Source: Octopus vulgaris (Eukaryota). Taken from it: DNA of 64,000 bases. The stretch covers positions 111,910,001-111,974,000 of the forward strand of contig OX597823.1 in NCBI GenBank assembly GCA_951406725.2. The letters run 5' to 3'. Shown one piece after another: positions 13,520-27,469 of the stretch. How positions within the stretch are numbered: position 1 is the first letter of the stretch; each line of letters starts with the position of its first letter. Both the position numbers and the translations under genes were made by a program. Below the pieces are notes generated by a model. It saw nothing but the letters and a program-made list of their open reading frames with translations, ran no database searches and had not been told where the DNA came from.

Positions 13520-14720
13520 GCAAATGGATGCAGGTGAGATTTCATTCCAGTCTTGGAGATGGCAATGGCTGCTGGCGAGATCCAATATGACACTGACTGC
13601 TTGTGCCGCTACAAACTAATTGCTGACTTTTATCTTGTAGACAGCTCCTTTGTACATGGTTTTCACATTGACCTATCTCTATTTTCTTTAGTAACCACAG
13701 GATAACAGAGCTTGGAACCATTTCAAAAGCTTTCTGAAAATCAATGAATATTAGGTATATTTGCTCACTATCAGTTAAGTACTTCTCCAAGAGATATCTC
13801 TGTAGAAATAGGGCATTAGTAGTTTTTCCTGGCATAAAACTTAACTAATTCTATTCCTAATCAATTGCTCTATAACTCCATATCGTTTAGTTCAATAATG
13901 TGATGCCTCTGTGATTACCTCTATCTAGTGCATCACCTTTGCCTTCATAGCACTTGACAGTGGTACTATATGGCTCAGAAACCTGGACGTTATCAAAGAA
14001 GCTTGAGAGGCAGTTGGATGGAACTTAAACTCGCCTCCTTATGAGAGCTCAAAATCTCTCGTGGAAGCATCATCCAACCAAAGTACAAATATATGGGAAA
14101 CTACCACCTGTGTCATCTCTTGTGAAAGGTAAAAGAGTCCAGTTTGCTGGACATTGTTGTAGAGCTGAAAACGAGGCAATTTCTACTCTTCTCCTCTGGA
14201 AGCCATCTGCTCGCGATACCAGAGAGTGCACACACTCCTTCCCTGATGAAATCTCCAGGGATACAGGCATCCAGCAACAGGACCTTTGTAATGCTATGAT
14301 GGATCGTGAAGTCTGGCGTAACATAGTAAATTCCATTATCTCGACCATGGTTGAGCAATGATGATGATGACACACCACTCTTTGGGTAAGATACCTTGTT
14401 GTATTATGTGTTTGACTCTAGGGGTAATTAGTACATGCCCTACTTTGTCATATATTTCAATCATCTCAGCAGCTTTTTCTGATCTACTGAGTTCTTTCTT
14501 TGCTTTCGTATCTTTGGTCAAATTTCCAACCACACTGCAACTAATTTGATAGCTGATCCCTACATTGTGTCTACTTGAGATAAAGTCACTTTCCTCTTTC
14601 TTGTAAGAATTTTCTTCATTGAACCCATACATAATTATTGAAACAGCATGTGAGTGGCTAAATATTCCACAGACATGTACTTTTGATGTAATCCCCAGGC
14701 AGAATCTGCATGACATAACA
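13520..14720 (-). mobile_element. Decayed RTE/BovB-like LINE RT region, split by nested insertion
   Basis: AAEMIEI..IIQQGILPKEWC (to ~14370) resumes as STTVKCYEGKGDALDRGNHRGITLL (~13965), then MPGKTTNALF..IFIDFQKAFEMVP. Confidence 0.85.
13966..14369 (+). mobile_element. RTE-group LINE 3' end, 5'-truncated, nested
   Basis: YGSETWTLSKKLERQLDG..RLLMRAQNLSWKHH..VQFAGHCCR..DREVWR followed by (TGA)n tail. Confidence 0.9.
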
Positions 14721-14944
14721 TGGTGTATAGAATACTGGATATTTGAATTTGTGGTACAATTCATTTCAGAAGCTTTCTAACAGTTTCCATCTCCCCAATT
14801 TCACTCTAGGCCTTGAATCAGCTAGTGGTTATGGTATATGACACTTCTAACCAAAGATTTCACCCTGTGGAATTGAACCCAGAACCTTGTTATTGCATAA
14901 AAGACTGCTTAACCATTATCCATGGAAAGCATTAAAAGATGCTC

Positions 14945-15583
14945 TCTTTTTTACTCTTTTACTCTTTTAATTCTTTCAGTCATTTGACTGCGGCCATGCT
15001 GGAGCACCGCCTTTAGTCGAGCAAATCGACCCCGGCACTTATTCTTTGTAAGCCTAGTACTTATTTTATCGGTCTTTTTTGCTGAACCGCTAAGTTACGA
15101 GGACATAAACACACCAGCATCGGTTGTCAAGCAATGTTGGGGGTACAAACACAGACACACGAACATATACACACATACATACATACATACATACACACAT
15201 ACGTTTTTGTATTCTTATTGTTGTCACGTATTCTTATTTTGTTCGTGTACTTCGTTCGTTTTCCGTCCTCGTGTTGTATACATTCGAAGCTTTCTTCCAG
15301 GGGATCTAATGCACTTGGCTTAGATTTCCGTGGCGTGCATATCGGAGCAATCTCATTAATCAGCCGAAATTGCTAAGATGATCTGGTTCTTGACTGATGA
15401 CTGAGGGCTTCAATACATATATATGTCGGGCTTCTTTCAGTTTCCATCTACCAAATCCACTCACAAGGCATTAGTCGGCCCTAGGCTATAGTAGACGACA
15501 CTTGCCCAAGGTGCTACGCAGTGGGACTGAACCCAGAACCATGTGGTTGGTAAGCAAGCTACTTACCACATAGCCACTCCTGC
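14945..15583 (-). mobile_element. SINE family A, full length with ~210-bp insertion in its internal microsatellite
   Basis: Tail at 14945-15010, head at 15500-15583; foreign sequence at 15200-15412. Confidence 0.92.
15200..15412 (+). mobile_element. Unclassified interspersed repeat, possibly PLE-derived
   Basis: Homologous in opposite orientation to ~28620-28860 (gctttcttcca..atctaatgc..ggagcaatctca..gatgatctggttcttgactga). Confidence 0.7.
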
Positions 15584-15886
15584 TTTGTGTATTTACTTGC
15601 AGATCAATAGAGAATCTACTTCGTTAGCATTGTCTAATGAAAATGTCTGGCAATTTTAAACATTCAAAGCTGTTAGTAATTTCATAATGGCAAAAGCGTG
15701 AGGATGTTTGCATTTCTTATGCAAATGAAAGAAGGCGATTTGTGCATGTATCAAATATCCAGTACTTAGAACTTACAAATCTGTAAAATGAAATAAAATA
15801 AAATAAAATCAGTTTCTTCATTTTCAAATTGGAAAAGAAAAGAAGACTCAAATATCAGGACTATTTCTGATCATTGCTATTGAATA

Positions 15887-15919
<33 letters not shown>

Positions 15920-16647
15920 GTACATATATACATACATATACATATGTATGTGGAGGGGCCATATCTATAAGTGTATCCCTATTTATTTATCTCTCCTTCT
16001 CATTGTGTGTGTATGAATGTATATATAGTATATTAAATATTATATCTTTGTAAACATCGATTTGAAGTTGAATAAATAATAAATAGAAACCTAACAGAAA
16101 TCAAACCAAATATCTATTTCGTGTTGAGCTATCATGTAGACATACAAGTGTCTAAAATACAAACATATGTGTGCACAAATACCCCCAGATTCACACCCAT
16201 ACGTATATTCAGACACATACACAAACACACAGGGAAACACACGCGTGTACTGGTTTACATATGTACACAATTTTCTTCTCACAAGAAAGTAAATAATTGT
16301 AAATATGTGTGTGTGTGTGTATGTGAATGTGTCCCTATGTCTGTGTGTAAATGTGTCTCTCTGTGCATGTGGCGGGGAGGGACTTGGCAGTTAGGGTGTT
16401 TGACTCAAGGTTGCTTGATCAGGGGTTCAATTCTTACTCAGGTAACATATTGTTTCCTTGATTAAGTTGCATTATTTTATGGTAATCCAGTGCACTTGGC
16501 TTAATATGTGTATTAACAGCAGCTAAGGGTTATTCTTGTGATGTACTGACATCTCATTCAAAGAATGCCACGTAATCTCAATTGCCCAGACATTATGAAA
16601 ATCTGAAAAAGTTCTAGGTTCAATACTCTGTTCATTCCATTTATAAT

Positions 16648-17082
16648 ATGTGTGTGTGTGTGCGTGTCTTCTTTTTGTGCGTGTGTGTATGTGTGTGTCT
16701 GTGTGTGTGCAGGTGTATGTCCATGTGTCTGTGTGTGTGTGCATGCGTGCGTGTGTGTGTGTGTGCATGTGTGTGCGTCTGTGTGTGTGTGTGTGCATGT
16801 GTATGTGTGTGTGTGTATGCGTGTGTGTGTGTGTGTGTGCGTTTGTGTGTGCGCCTGTGTGTGTGTGTGCGTGTGTGTCTGCACGTGTATATGTGTATGT
16901 GTGTCTCTGTGTGTATGCCTGCGTGTGTGTGCCTGTGTGTGTGTGTGTGTATGCGTGTGTGTGTCTGTGTGTGCGTGCGCACGCGTGTATGTCTGTGTGT
17001 GCGTGTGTGTGTGTGTGTGTGTCTGTGTGTGCATGTGTGTGTGCGTGTGTGTCTGTGTGTCTGTGTGTGTGCATGTGTGCAC

Positions 17083-17118
<36 letters not shown>
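16648..17118. repeat. Degenerate (TG)n tract
   Basis: Directly visible, ~470 bp. Confidence 0.97.
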
Positions 17119-17120
<2 letters not shown>

Positions 17121-17722
17121 TTACATCATTATCGTCCCTATTTAATGTTCATTTTTCTACTGGCATGGGTTCACTGGATTTGACAGGAGCTGGTAAGCCA
17201 GAGGCCTGCACCTAACTCCACTGTCTGTTTTGACATGATTGCTATGGCTGAATACCTTGCCTAATTCCAACCTCCTTACAGAGTATACTGGGTGTTTTTT
17301 GGAGGAGCCAGCACCAACGAGGTCACCTGGTAACCCTACAAATCGAGAACTCTCAAGTGAGATGGGGAATATTATTGAGAGATTTATGCCAGAGAATGAA
17401 CGGTTGATTATGATAAACAGGCAGAAACAGGTGTCTGACTGTAGAGGAGATACGTGGGCATCTTCAGGCAGAAAAGAGAGAGAGGACAGATTGTGATATA
17501 TCCAGTGTACACAATTGTAAAATTATTAAATTAAAATAGCAATCTGTATATCATACTTTATATACCCTTTTACTTGTTTCAGTCATTTGACTATGGCCAT
17601 GCTGGAGCACTGTCTTTAGTCGAGCAAATATTACCATGCATACGCACAAGCATTAATGTCATGTTGAGTCTGTGGACCATCACCTGTTCATTTATGATGC
17701 GATTTTTTTATGTCTCATTCAC

Positions 17723-17825
17723 ACCCTGAGGAAATATTTAACTCACTATTTCAAGATGCAATTTTTTAATTTTTTATTTATTAATTTGTAATTGATTGAG
17801 TTAAGTATGGAAATAAATTGTAGGT
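17723..17825 (+). ncRNA. Type I hammerhead motif with ~77-nt stem II domain
   Basis: acc-CTGAGGA-a-atatttaactca...tgagttaagtat-g-GAAA-taaatt-GTA-ggt; 12-bp stem II base and 3-bp stem I. Confidence 0.65.
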
Positions 17826-17959
17826 TACAGAGAATTTTGACATGTTATTAAATTGAATTCTAATCAGTTAAAACTCTCCATTTTATTCTTATAACACACA
17901 CAGACACACACACACATATATATATATATATACATACATATATATATATATATATATAC

Positions 17960-18150
17960 ATCATCATCATCCTCATCATCATTTAGCGTCCGCTTTCCAT
18001 GCTAGCATGGGTTGGACGGTTCAACTGGGGTCTGTGAAGCCAGAAGGCTGCATCAGGCCCTGTCTGATCTGGCAGTGTTTCTACGGCTGGATGCCCTTCC
18101 TAACGCCAACCACTCTGTGAGTATAGTGGGTGCTTTTTACGTGCCACCGA
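17960..18150 (-). mobile_element. Family D short retroelement with (GAT)n tail (RTE-related)
   Basis: catcatcatttagcgtccgctttccatgctagcatggg..ctggatgcccttcctaacgccaacc. Confidence 0.85.
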
Positions 18151-18441
18151 TATATATGTAATTATGTAATTTAGATTCAGTCGAATTAGGTATTTAAATT
18201 AAGGCTCCTTGTTAGGACGAACTTATGTGCACAGTCAGACAATATTGGGTGATTATCAAACCCTACACAGAATTTTTTCCACCCGATATTCATGTAGTGT
18301 ATGCAGATGGCATGATCCAGCTTAGTGAATAAATCCACTCTTGTTTGTTCAGACATGTACTTTATATAAAGATACTTTCCAAATACTTTTGAAGAGCAGA
18401 TTCCAGGGTAGGTGAGTGAAATATAAATGCGTAACAGAGCT

Positions 18442-18584
18442 ATCATCATCATCATCATCATCATCATCGTTTAACGTCCGTTTTCCATGCTAGCATGGGT
18501 TGGAGGGTTCGACCGGGGATCTGGGAAGCCAGAAGGCTGCACCAGGCTCCAGTCTTATCTGGCAATGTTTCTACAGCTGGATGC
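18442..18584 (-). mobile_element. Family D short retroelement, 3' fragment
   Basis: Same tail sequence as 17960-18090. Confidence 0.85.
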
Positions 18585-18588
18585 TATA

Positions 18589-18994
18589 TAAGTTTCAATT
18601 CATTCTGGCTGTTTCGAGTGACTCCCTTAATTGATCAATGAAAACATTGTATTATTACAAAGAAAACCATTCTCATCAGATGGTCGCATAGACTTCAAGA
18701 AAAAAAAAACAAGTTAGATATTTAAACATATTCATATCATCGATAGAGAACAAATATTTACAATGATTCTGCTGCTAAATTTTTTGGCAGAATCTGGCAA
18801 AATATTTAGCAGTGGAATCAGTGTAAATATTTGCTCTCATTTGATTATATGAATATGTTTAGATATCTAACTTCTCCTCTATGCTTGAAGTCTATGCAGT
18901 CATCTGATGAGAACGGCTATCTTTATAATGATATAATGCTTTTGTTGATCAATTAAAGGAGTCAGTCGAAACGATCATAATGAATTGAAACTTA
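18589..18994. mobile_element. ~400-bp palindrome with hammerhead motif near each outer end
   Basis: Arms 18589-18790 and 18794-18994 with ~3-nt loop; 18901-18982 cat-CTGATGA-ga..gtc-GAAAC-GATC-ATA-atg. Confidence 0.85.
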
Positions 18995-19069
18995 AACATC
19001 TTTGTTACTCCTTTATATAGATATATAATACATATAATACATATATTTATACACACACATATACATATA

Positions 19070-19470
19070 TGGAGTGGCTGTGTGGTAAGTAGCTTGTTTA
19101 CCAACCACATGGTTCTGGGTTCAGTCCCACTGCATGGCACCTTGGGCAAGTGTCTTCTACTATAGCCTCAGGCCGACCAAAACCTTGTGAGTGGATTTGA
19201 TAGACGGAAACTGAAAGAAGCCCATCGTATATATGTATATATATGCGTATGTGTATTTGTGTGTCTGTGTTTATCCCCCTAGCATTGCTTGACAACCGAT
19301 ACTGGTGTGTTTATGTCCCTGTTACTTAGCGGTTGGGCAAAAGAGTCCGATAGAATAAGTACTGGGCTTACAAAAGAATAAGTTCCGGGGTCGAGTTGCT
19401 CGATTAAAGGCAGTGCTCCAGCATGGCCGCAGTCAAATGACAGAAACAAGTAAAAGAGTAAAAAGAGTAA
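19070..19470 (+). mobile_element. SINE family A, full length
   Basis: ggagtggctgtgtggtaag to gaaacaagtaaaagagtaaa. Confidence 0.95.
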
Positions 19471-19779
19471 ATATATATATATGTCTGTGTGTGTGTGGGG
19501 GGGGGTGCATATATATATAAAATACATGTACACAGTTGACTGGCAAAAAATGCATCTAGAATTCTGGTATTGAATTAAATTATCCAGACTACTTATTCCT
19601 ACTTCTTAATACATATTGCATAAGGAATTGAGTATGAAAGAATTCCATGTTCTAAAAATCTCAACACAATTCTTTCTGAATCAATGTTTGCCACTTCAGA
19701 ATTTGATCACTAATTATTTCTATTTCAACAATTTTTCTGGTTGGTATTTCAGACCTTGACATGTCCCATGTTCTCATAA

Positions 19780-20960
19780 ACTTCATGTCACATGTTGTGA
19801 CAGTTACAAAGATGCAATAAATTGCTCCAAGGATATTTTACATTTAAACAGTCAATAAGGGTTTTGTGAGACATTAATTTGTCCCATGCAAGCAAAAGAT
19901 TACAGAGTCTCTGAGCTGATTTCTTCAAATCTTAAAACTCCTGGCTAAAGAATGTAACTTCAAAAGTGTCATCAGAACGGTATGCAAAACTTCAAAGATA
20001 ATGTATGCTTTTGTCTCTGGAATGTTGTCTACCTATATAAGATTTAGACTACTCAAAAAAGGTTAAGTGGAAATGAAAAAATAAAACACTCTACTTGGAA
20101 ACAGAATCACAAATTAGATCATGGTACTTAGCAGAAAAGAATAAAAGCATTTATAACCATGATATTTTTATGGATACTTTTATTGCTACAAAGAAAATCA
20201 CCAAACAGGAAAAGATTTCAGCAACTGCAGTTTTGTGGAAAGTATATCTAGAAAGATGTCCATCAAGAAATGCCATTTATCACAAATGTAAGAAAAATGG
20301 TGTGTAAGTTTTCACATCACATAATACATCAAAATTATGATGTTATATAGTAGACAATGAACCAATCTCTAACACATTTATTTCTTCATCTTTGTTAAGT
20401 TTTTCAGCTTTATTGGAACATTTATCTATTGCATTCATTAATACTGTGATTAATATTCAATCAATGCAAGCTTTAATTGATAGTGGAAGCACTGACGATT
20501 TTATCCAAGCTGATATTGCCAAGTGGAATAGTTTGAACCATTAAACCATTCTGAAGCAGCATTATGAAAGCCAAGAAACAATTTGCTTCATGAATTACAG
20601 CCATATGAGAAACTGACATTTGATCTGCTTGACCAGTTGCAAATACTACAGTCACTGTTAGGTATACACAGGCATTGCCTGGATGTTACACATGGACGGA
20701 GTTTATCTCTCATCCATTCTTCTGGGGAATTTTAGGTTAATGGTTCTGAAGCACCACCAGTGTTATCAAAGTTTTCTTTTCTGAAAATTCTAATTGTTAA
20801 ACATTTTGCTTATTTAGCCCCAGATATAAAACCACTCAAAGATATTTTGTGGATGATTGCAAATTTAAAGGGCAAGAGATGGGAAATTTAATCAAAGAAG
20901 GCATCATAGAACTGTGAAATTACAATGAAGAACATAGGTTGTAATAAAAAAAAAGAATAA
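19780..20960 (+). mobile_element. Highly decayed Ty3/Gypsy gag-protease-RT remnant
   Basis: Gag-like GFVRH..KQKITESLS*FLQILKLLAKECNF and DIFMDTFI; knuckle-like CPSRNAIYHKCKKNG; protease ALIDSGSTDDFI (~20470); LIKEGIIE (~20890). Confidence 0.75.
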
Positions 20961-21199
20961 AAAATGGTGGGAATATCACATATGATGCCTTGTCATTGAT
21001 TTCTTAATCAATATCAAAACTTAAGCACTTGTGGCTGATTTTTCCAGAGCCTGTCACAGATAAGTTAATACATACTATAACATAAATACATCACAATAGA
21101 ATGGTAAATTGCATGAAGGTATGGTTATGGTATCCAAAAGTTCTCAGCAGCAAAATGTTCTAAAAATGAAAGAAGAATGCAAAATAATTAATTTACATA

Positions 21200-21585
21200 C
21201 AGGCGTAGGAGTGGCTGTGTGGTAAGTAGTTTGCTTATGAACCACATGGTTCTGGGTTCATTCCCACTGCGTGGCACCTTGGGCAAGTGTCTTCTACTAT
21301 AGCCTTGGGCCAATCAAAGCCTTGTGAGTGGATTTGGTAGACGGAAACTGAAAGAAGCCCGTCGTATATATGCATATGTTTGTGTGTCTGTGTTTGTCCC
21401 CCCAACATCATTTGACAACTGATGATGGTGTGTTTACGTCCCCGTAACTTAGTGGTTCAGCAAAAGAAGTTGATAGAATAAGTACTAGGCTTACAAAGAA
21501 TAAGTGCTGGGGTTGATTTGCTCGACTAAAGGCGGTGCTCCAGCATGGCTGCAGGCAAATGACTGAAACAAGTAAAAGAATAAAT
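21200..21585 (+). mobile_element. SINE family A, full length
   Basis: aggcgtaggagtggctgtgtgg to gaaacaagtaaaagaata. Confidence 0.95.
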
Positions 21586-22468
21586 GACTAAATGGATACA
21601 AAACAAAGTGCAAAGGTTTGGAAATTTTGGGTTTCTCTTAGAAAGATCCGGTAAAATGCTTCTACATGTATCTTTCTTACTATTACACCCACTCTCTTAT
21701 CCCAAAATGCTGGAAATTCCATCATTAAGCCAAACAAAATATGAATTCTTTGACAACTAGAGTCTTCAAGATTACCCCAAATTGTGACCTGTCCTCACTC
21801 TCTTGTTCTTAAACCAACAACATCTTTATATAATTACGGAAGTATTGTTTCTGTTTTGTCTGGAGGTATTGATCTTGACTGGACATCTCTTAACTTGTTT
21901 CTTAGCCATTAGCGATTAGTAATAACACTATTACATTGCATAGAAATATCAAGGCATGTGTAAGGTTCCTTGGTCCACCATCAAATGATTGCACAAACTC
22001 TACTATTTTGAGCTGTAGAAAACAAACATCAAGCTACCCACTCTCAGCTAGAATCACTCTAGCCATTTTCCTTTCAAATTTAGGTTGTCGCCATTAAAGT
22101 TAATACAAATAAAAGTAGATATGGAAGAGTTCTGTATCAGAAAAGGAATCTCTCTTGAAGCCATTCTGTTTGTAATGGCCCTCTGGAACATATCCTCAGC
22201 TGTATGGCCAGGTACTCTCATTAGCTGTCCTGACAGTACAAAAGTATCACTGGTGATTAAGAACCATTTGAGGTGTCAAAGAGCTGCACTTTGGCCTAAT
22301 GAGTAGTTATGCATCGTTGCATGCACAAATGACTAAACCATAACTAGGTGCCTACAACTGGTGGGATGGATTCTGGGATCATTTAGAACCAGAAAACAAA
22401 AAAATTATATTCTTCCTGTAGAGGACATTTACTCCCTGGAGCAAAGATAGGGAAAAAATGAAGATAGA

Positions 22469-22878
22469 TTTCTTTATTGGCCACACAGGGCTGCACACAG
22501 ATGGGACAAGTTACAAGGTAGAGCTTTTCTTTTGGGGGATGAAGAGAACAAAAAACAAAAGGAAAAAAAAAGGGGTGGCGTAGGTTTTCGATCAAGAGGG
22601 ATCGTAAAAGGGAAGAAAAGAACAAAAACAAAAAAAAAAATTGAATAAAATAAAAAGAATAAAAAGAAAAAAAAAAGGAAAGGAAAAGGAACAAAAGGAA
22701 AGAAATGAAAAAAGAAGAAAAAAGGGGGAAAAAAAGGGGAAGAGGAAAAAAAGAACGATCAATAGGGATCGTGTATCACAGTGTTATGATATATGGTGTA
22801 AAGGGGAAAGCAAGTAAGGTTTATCCGTGGGAAGAAAAGCCTACGAAAAAGACCACGGTAACCTTGGTCAATATTGTT
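22469..22878 (-). mobile_element. Tx1-clade LINE 3' UTR only, inserted in (GATA)n
   Basis: Near-identical to 5169-5582; flanked by agataga on the left and (GATA)n on the right. Confidence 0.9.
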
Positions 22879-22885
22879 TTAGATT

Positions 22886-22925
<40 letters not shown>

Positions 22926-23504
22926 TACAAGTGTATATATATTATTTTCAATTACAAATTTTATGACTCCCTGGAGCAGCGATAGGTAAAAATGGAGTGA
23001 TTTAAGTGGAAAGTACTGGAAGGGCCTGCATCAAAATCTGGTACTGACAGCTGTTTCAATCCATGAAATGGATGTCACGGCATACGGTTGAAAGTCCCAA
23101 CTACATCTTCTAGAAGTAGGACCAGAGAGAGAAATAGCTTATGGCTTCGCAGCACAACACTTCAATATCCTTCCAATAAACAGAGAGTGAATGAATTCAT
23201 GAAACATCTGGACAATTATTTAACTGAGTTCATAGATGAGCCTTTGTCACATCAAGAAACACACATTTGACCAGGTGTACCACGTATGAATGCAAGCATG
23301 CATGTATGTACGCATGTATGGATATCTATATGTGTGCATTGTGTGTGTATACAAGTGTGTGTTGTGTGTATGTGTCTGTGTGTGTATGCCTAAATTTATA
23401 AACATATATACATACAAGCACACAGAGACATACACACACACACATATATATAATAGATAGATAGATAGATAGATAGACAAATAGATAGATAGACAGACAG
23501 ATAA

Positions 23505-23571
<67 letters not shown>

Positions 23572-23576
23572 CACAG

Positions 23577-23608
<32 letters not shown>

Positions 23609-24255
23609 TGATAGATAGATGGATAGATTGATAGATATACAAGTGTATATATATTATTTTCAATTACAAATTTTCTGACAATCTGTTTTCTTTCAAGTTC
23701 CATGCTACGTATCTTTAGCTGTTAAAACAGGTAATCATAGGTTTTTGGAATGAAGAAGTGGTTGTTTATTAACATTTTTTTGCTGTTTATTTATTATTTG
23801 TGACTGTGTGTGCATGTGTCTCTGTTTATTTGCATATCTGTATGTGGTTGTGTGCCTGTACATCACCAGATTCACTGCCTTTTATCTCTTTACGTATCAG
23901 TCACCTCTAGCATGTCATTGCCAACATCGCCATCCTCTGCCGTTCCCATTATCGCTACCCACCCCCCATCGTCATTCCCATCTCATTCTTCACTTCCTCA
24001 TCATCATCATCATCATCGTCATCACCACCATCAGCACTGTGACTATCACCGTTAACATCACCATTCCTGTGAGTGTCACCGTCATCACTATCATCATTGT
24101 CGCTGTCATCATTATCATCACAATCATCTCTAAGCTCCATATCAATTATCATTCTCAGAACCACAACAACAACAATAGCAACAACTACACGCATATATGT
24201 GTATATATATATATATATATATACATATATATATACATATATATACATATATATC

Positions 24256-24294
<39 letters not shown>

Positions 24295-24438
24295 TTATAT
24301 ATATAAATATATATATATATATATGTGTGTGTGTATGCATATAAGTATGTGAGTATATATATATATATATGTATACATACATCTATATACATATATATAT
24401 ATATACATATACATACATACACACACACACACACTCAC

Positions 24439-24529
<91 letters not shown>

Positions 24530-24815
24530 ATATGTAGCAGTCTCAACACTGAAATTAAAAATGTACATAAAAATATTTCTGTACAAATCGGGCAGATGGG
24601 AGTTGGGGTTTTTAAGGCGACCCCATCGCCACCCAAATAGATATACCAATATTGTGTAGGTCTGGAGAGAAAAACCAATGATATTTCACACATCTTATTA
24701 GTTTAAATGATTTGATGATACAAAAGGAGAAAGGAAATGTGACATGCAAAAATATCATGAATGTGTTTGTCTGTGTGTGAGTGTCCATTTGTGTGTTTGT
24801 ATGTGCCAATATGTG

Positions 24816-24914
<99 letters not shown>

Positions 24915-25578
24915 ATATATATATATGTATGTATATGTATATATGTATGTATGTATGTATATTACATATGTACATGTGCAAGCATGAATGTGATATATAT
25001 ATATATATATATGCATATACATATATACGCACACACATGTCTATAATAGATATGTATACCTATTCATATATATATATGCATGGATATGTGCATGAATGTA
25101 TGTATGTATGAATGTGTCTATCTATTTATCTGTCTATCTTTCTATATATATATATATATTATATATTATATATAAATATATGTATATATATATATGTATG
25201 TATAGAGAGAGAGAGGAGGGGAGAGATGATGGATAGATAGTTTGACTGGTAGATAGGCAAATAAATAGACATACAGTTATATATATACATATATGGTAAT
25301 CATACAAGACAAAGTAAATTATCTTTAGGTAAAGCAAAAAAGTTCAACGTTTTGCTTTTACAGCTTTGCTACCATACTGCAATTATTCAATGACAATTAC
25401 ATTGATTTTAACTTTGCAATAACACAGGACTACCCTAGTCTTCTTCTGTTGTCTATATCTGCCTCACACATTTGATAATGATTTTCGGGATAATTGACAA
25501 TATATTCTGTATAATAGCATCTTCAACAAATGAAAAAAATCATCAAAATATGTCACCAACCTTATAACAAACACACAT

Positions 25579-25630
<52 letters not shown>

Positions 25631-25735
25631 TTGCACAAGCATGCAATCCACCCACCCACGCACATACATACACAAACAAACATAGGGGAAAAGAAGAGAT
25701 GTATGCATATGCATGTATATGTACATATACTTCAT

Positions 25736-25766
<31 letters not shown>

Positions 25767-25783
25767 ATATATACATATATATA

Positions 25784-25865
<82 letters not shown>

Positions 25866-25908
25866 TAGATAGATAGATAGATAGATATGTATATATATGT
25901 GTATATAT

Positions 25909-25940
<32 letters not shown>

Positions 25941-26060
25941 CGAATAAATACACACAATATGCATATATATTCACATATATATATATACACAAACACAGGC
26001 ATGCCTACACTCACATATATATGTTTATATATATACATATACACACACACACATACACAC

Positions 26061-26091
<31 letters not shown>

Positions 26092-26621
26092 TATATATAC
26101 ATGTGTCTTTAGGTGTGTGTGTGTGTGTTTATGCGCATTAAATCAAGACTAAAAAAAATATAAAACAAATCGTTCAATGTAGAAACACATGAATAAAGTA
26201 AGTGTGGTGGTATGTTTTAATCATTGGAGACAGCATGAAACCTTAAGTGGTATGGTTGGAGCAGAAAAAAAAAATATCAGCGAGAAAAACAAGAAGATTT
26301 GGACAGCAAAAATTAAATGGAAAACACTCGAAACTATTTTAATCAAGGTATTATATATCAGTCAGCTGTCATCATCGTTACTTTTAAGTTAAAATCTATG
26401 ACACATTTACATCATGGGTCACATCATTATCATATTTGTTTGACAGCCCATGGACCTGCTGCTTGCCTGTCTGTCTGTCTGTCTGTCTGTTTATCCATCT
26501 ATCTAACTATATCTGTCTATCTATATAGCTATCTATCTAACTAGCTATCTATCTGTCTCTCTATATATTTTCTATCTATCTATATATATATATCTATCTG
26601 TTTAAATATATATATATTAAT

Positions 26622-26679
<58 letters not shown>

Positions 26680-26732
26680 GTCTGTCTATCTATCTTTTGT
26701 CCATCTATCTATCTTCCTACCTATCTACCTAC

Positions 26733-26797
<65 letters not shown>

Positions 26798-26841
26798 CAT
26801 TTATCTATTTATCCATTTGTCCATCTACCTACCTACCAACC

Positions 26842-26934
<93 letters not shown>

Positions 26935-26939
26935 CTCTC

Positions 26940-26992
<53 letters not shown>

Positions 26993-27370
26993 ATATCTAT
27001 CTTTCTCTCTCTCTCTATCTACCTCTCTATCTATCTATCCATCTCCCTGTCAATCTATCAAGCTCACCAAATTGTGATTATACAGATATCGTCATTTCAC
27101 TTTGCCTAGAAGGACACTTATTTACTTGTTTTTTAGTTTTACCACTGTTAATGTGTATATATGTATGCATGGATTTGTATGCATGAGAGTAAGAGCATAT
27201 GCTTATATGTGAGTGTGTGTGTGAGTGTCTGTGAGTATGTCATTTTTGTGTATAATCTAGTATGAAATTAGCATCATATTTTATCATGATTTCATTTTCT
27301 ACAGAATATAAAAGATATGTCCATGTTCTCTGTTAAGAGACTCCTCATATATACATCCATATACATACCT

Positions 27371-27469
<99 letters not shown>

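Noticed and set aside
21760-22330. Possible ancient I/Nimb-like LINE RT remnant
   Set aside because: Only vague similarity to GVPQGSVLS-type motifs; cannot be supported without a profile search.
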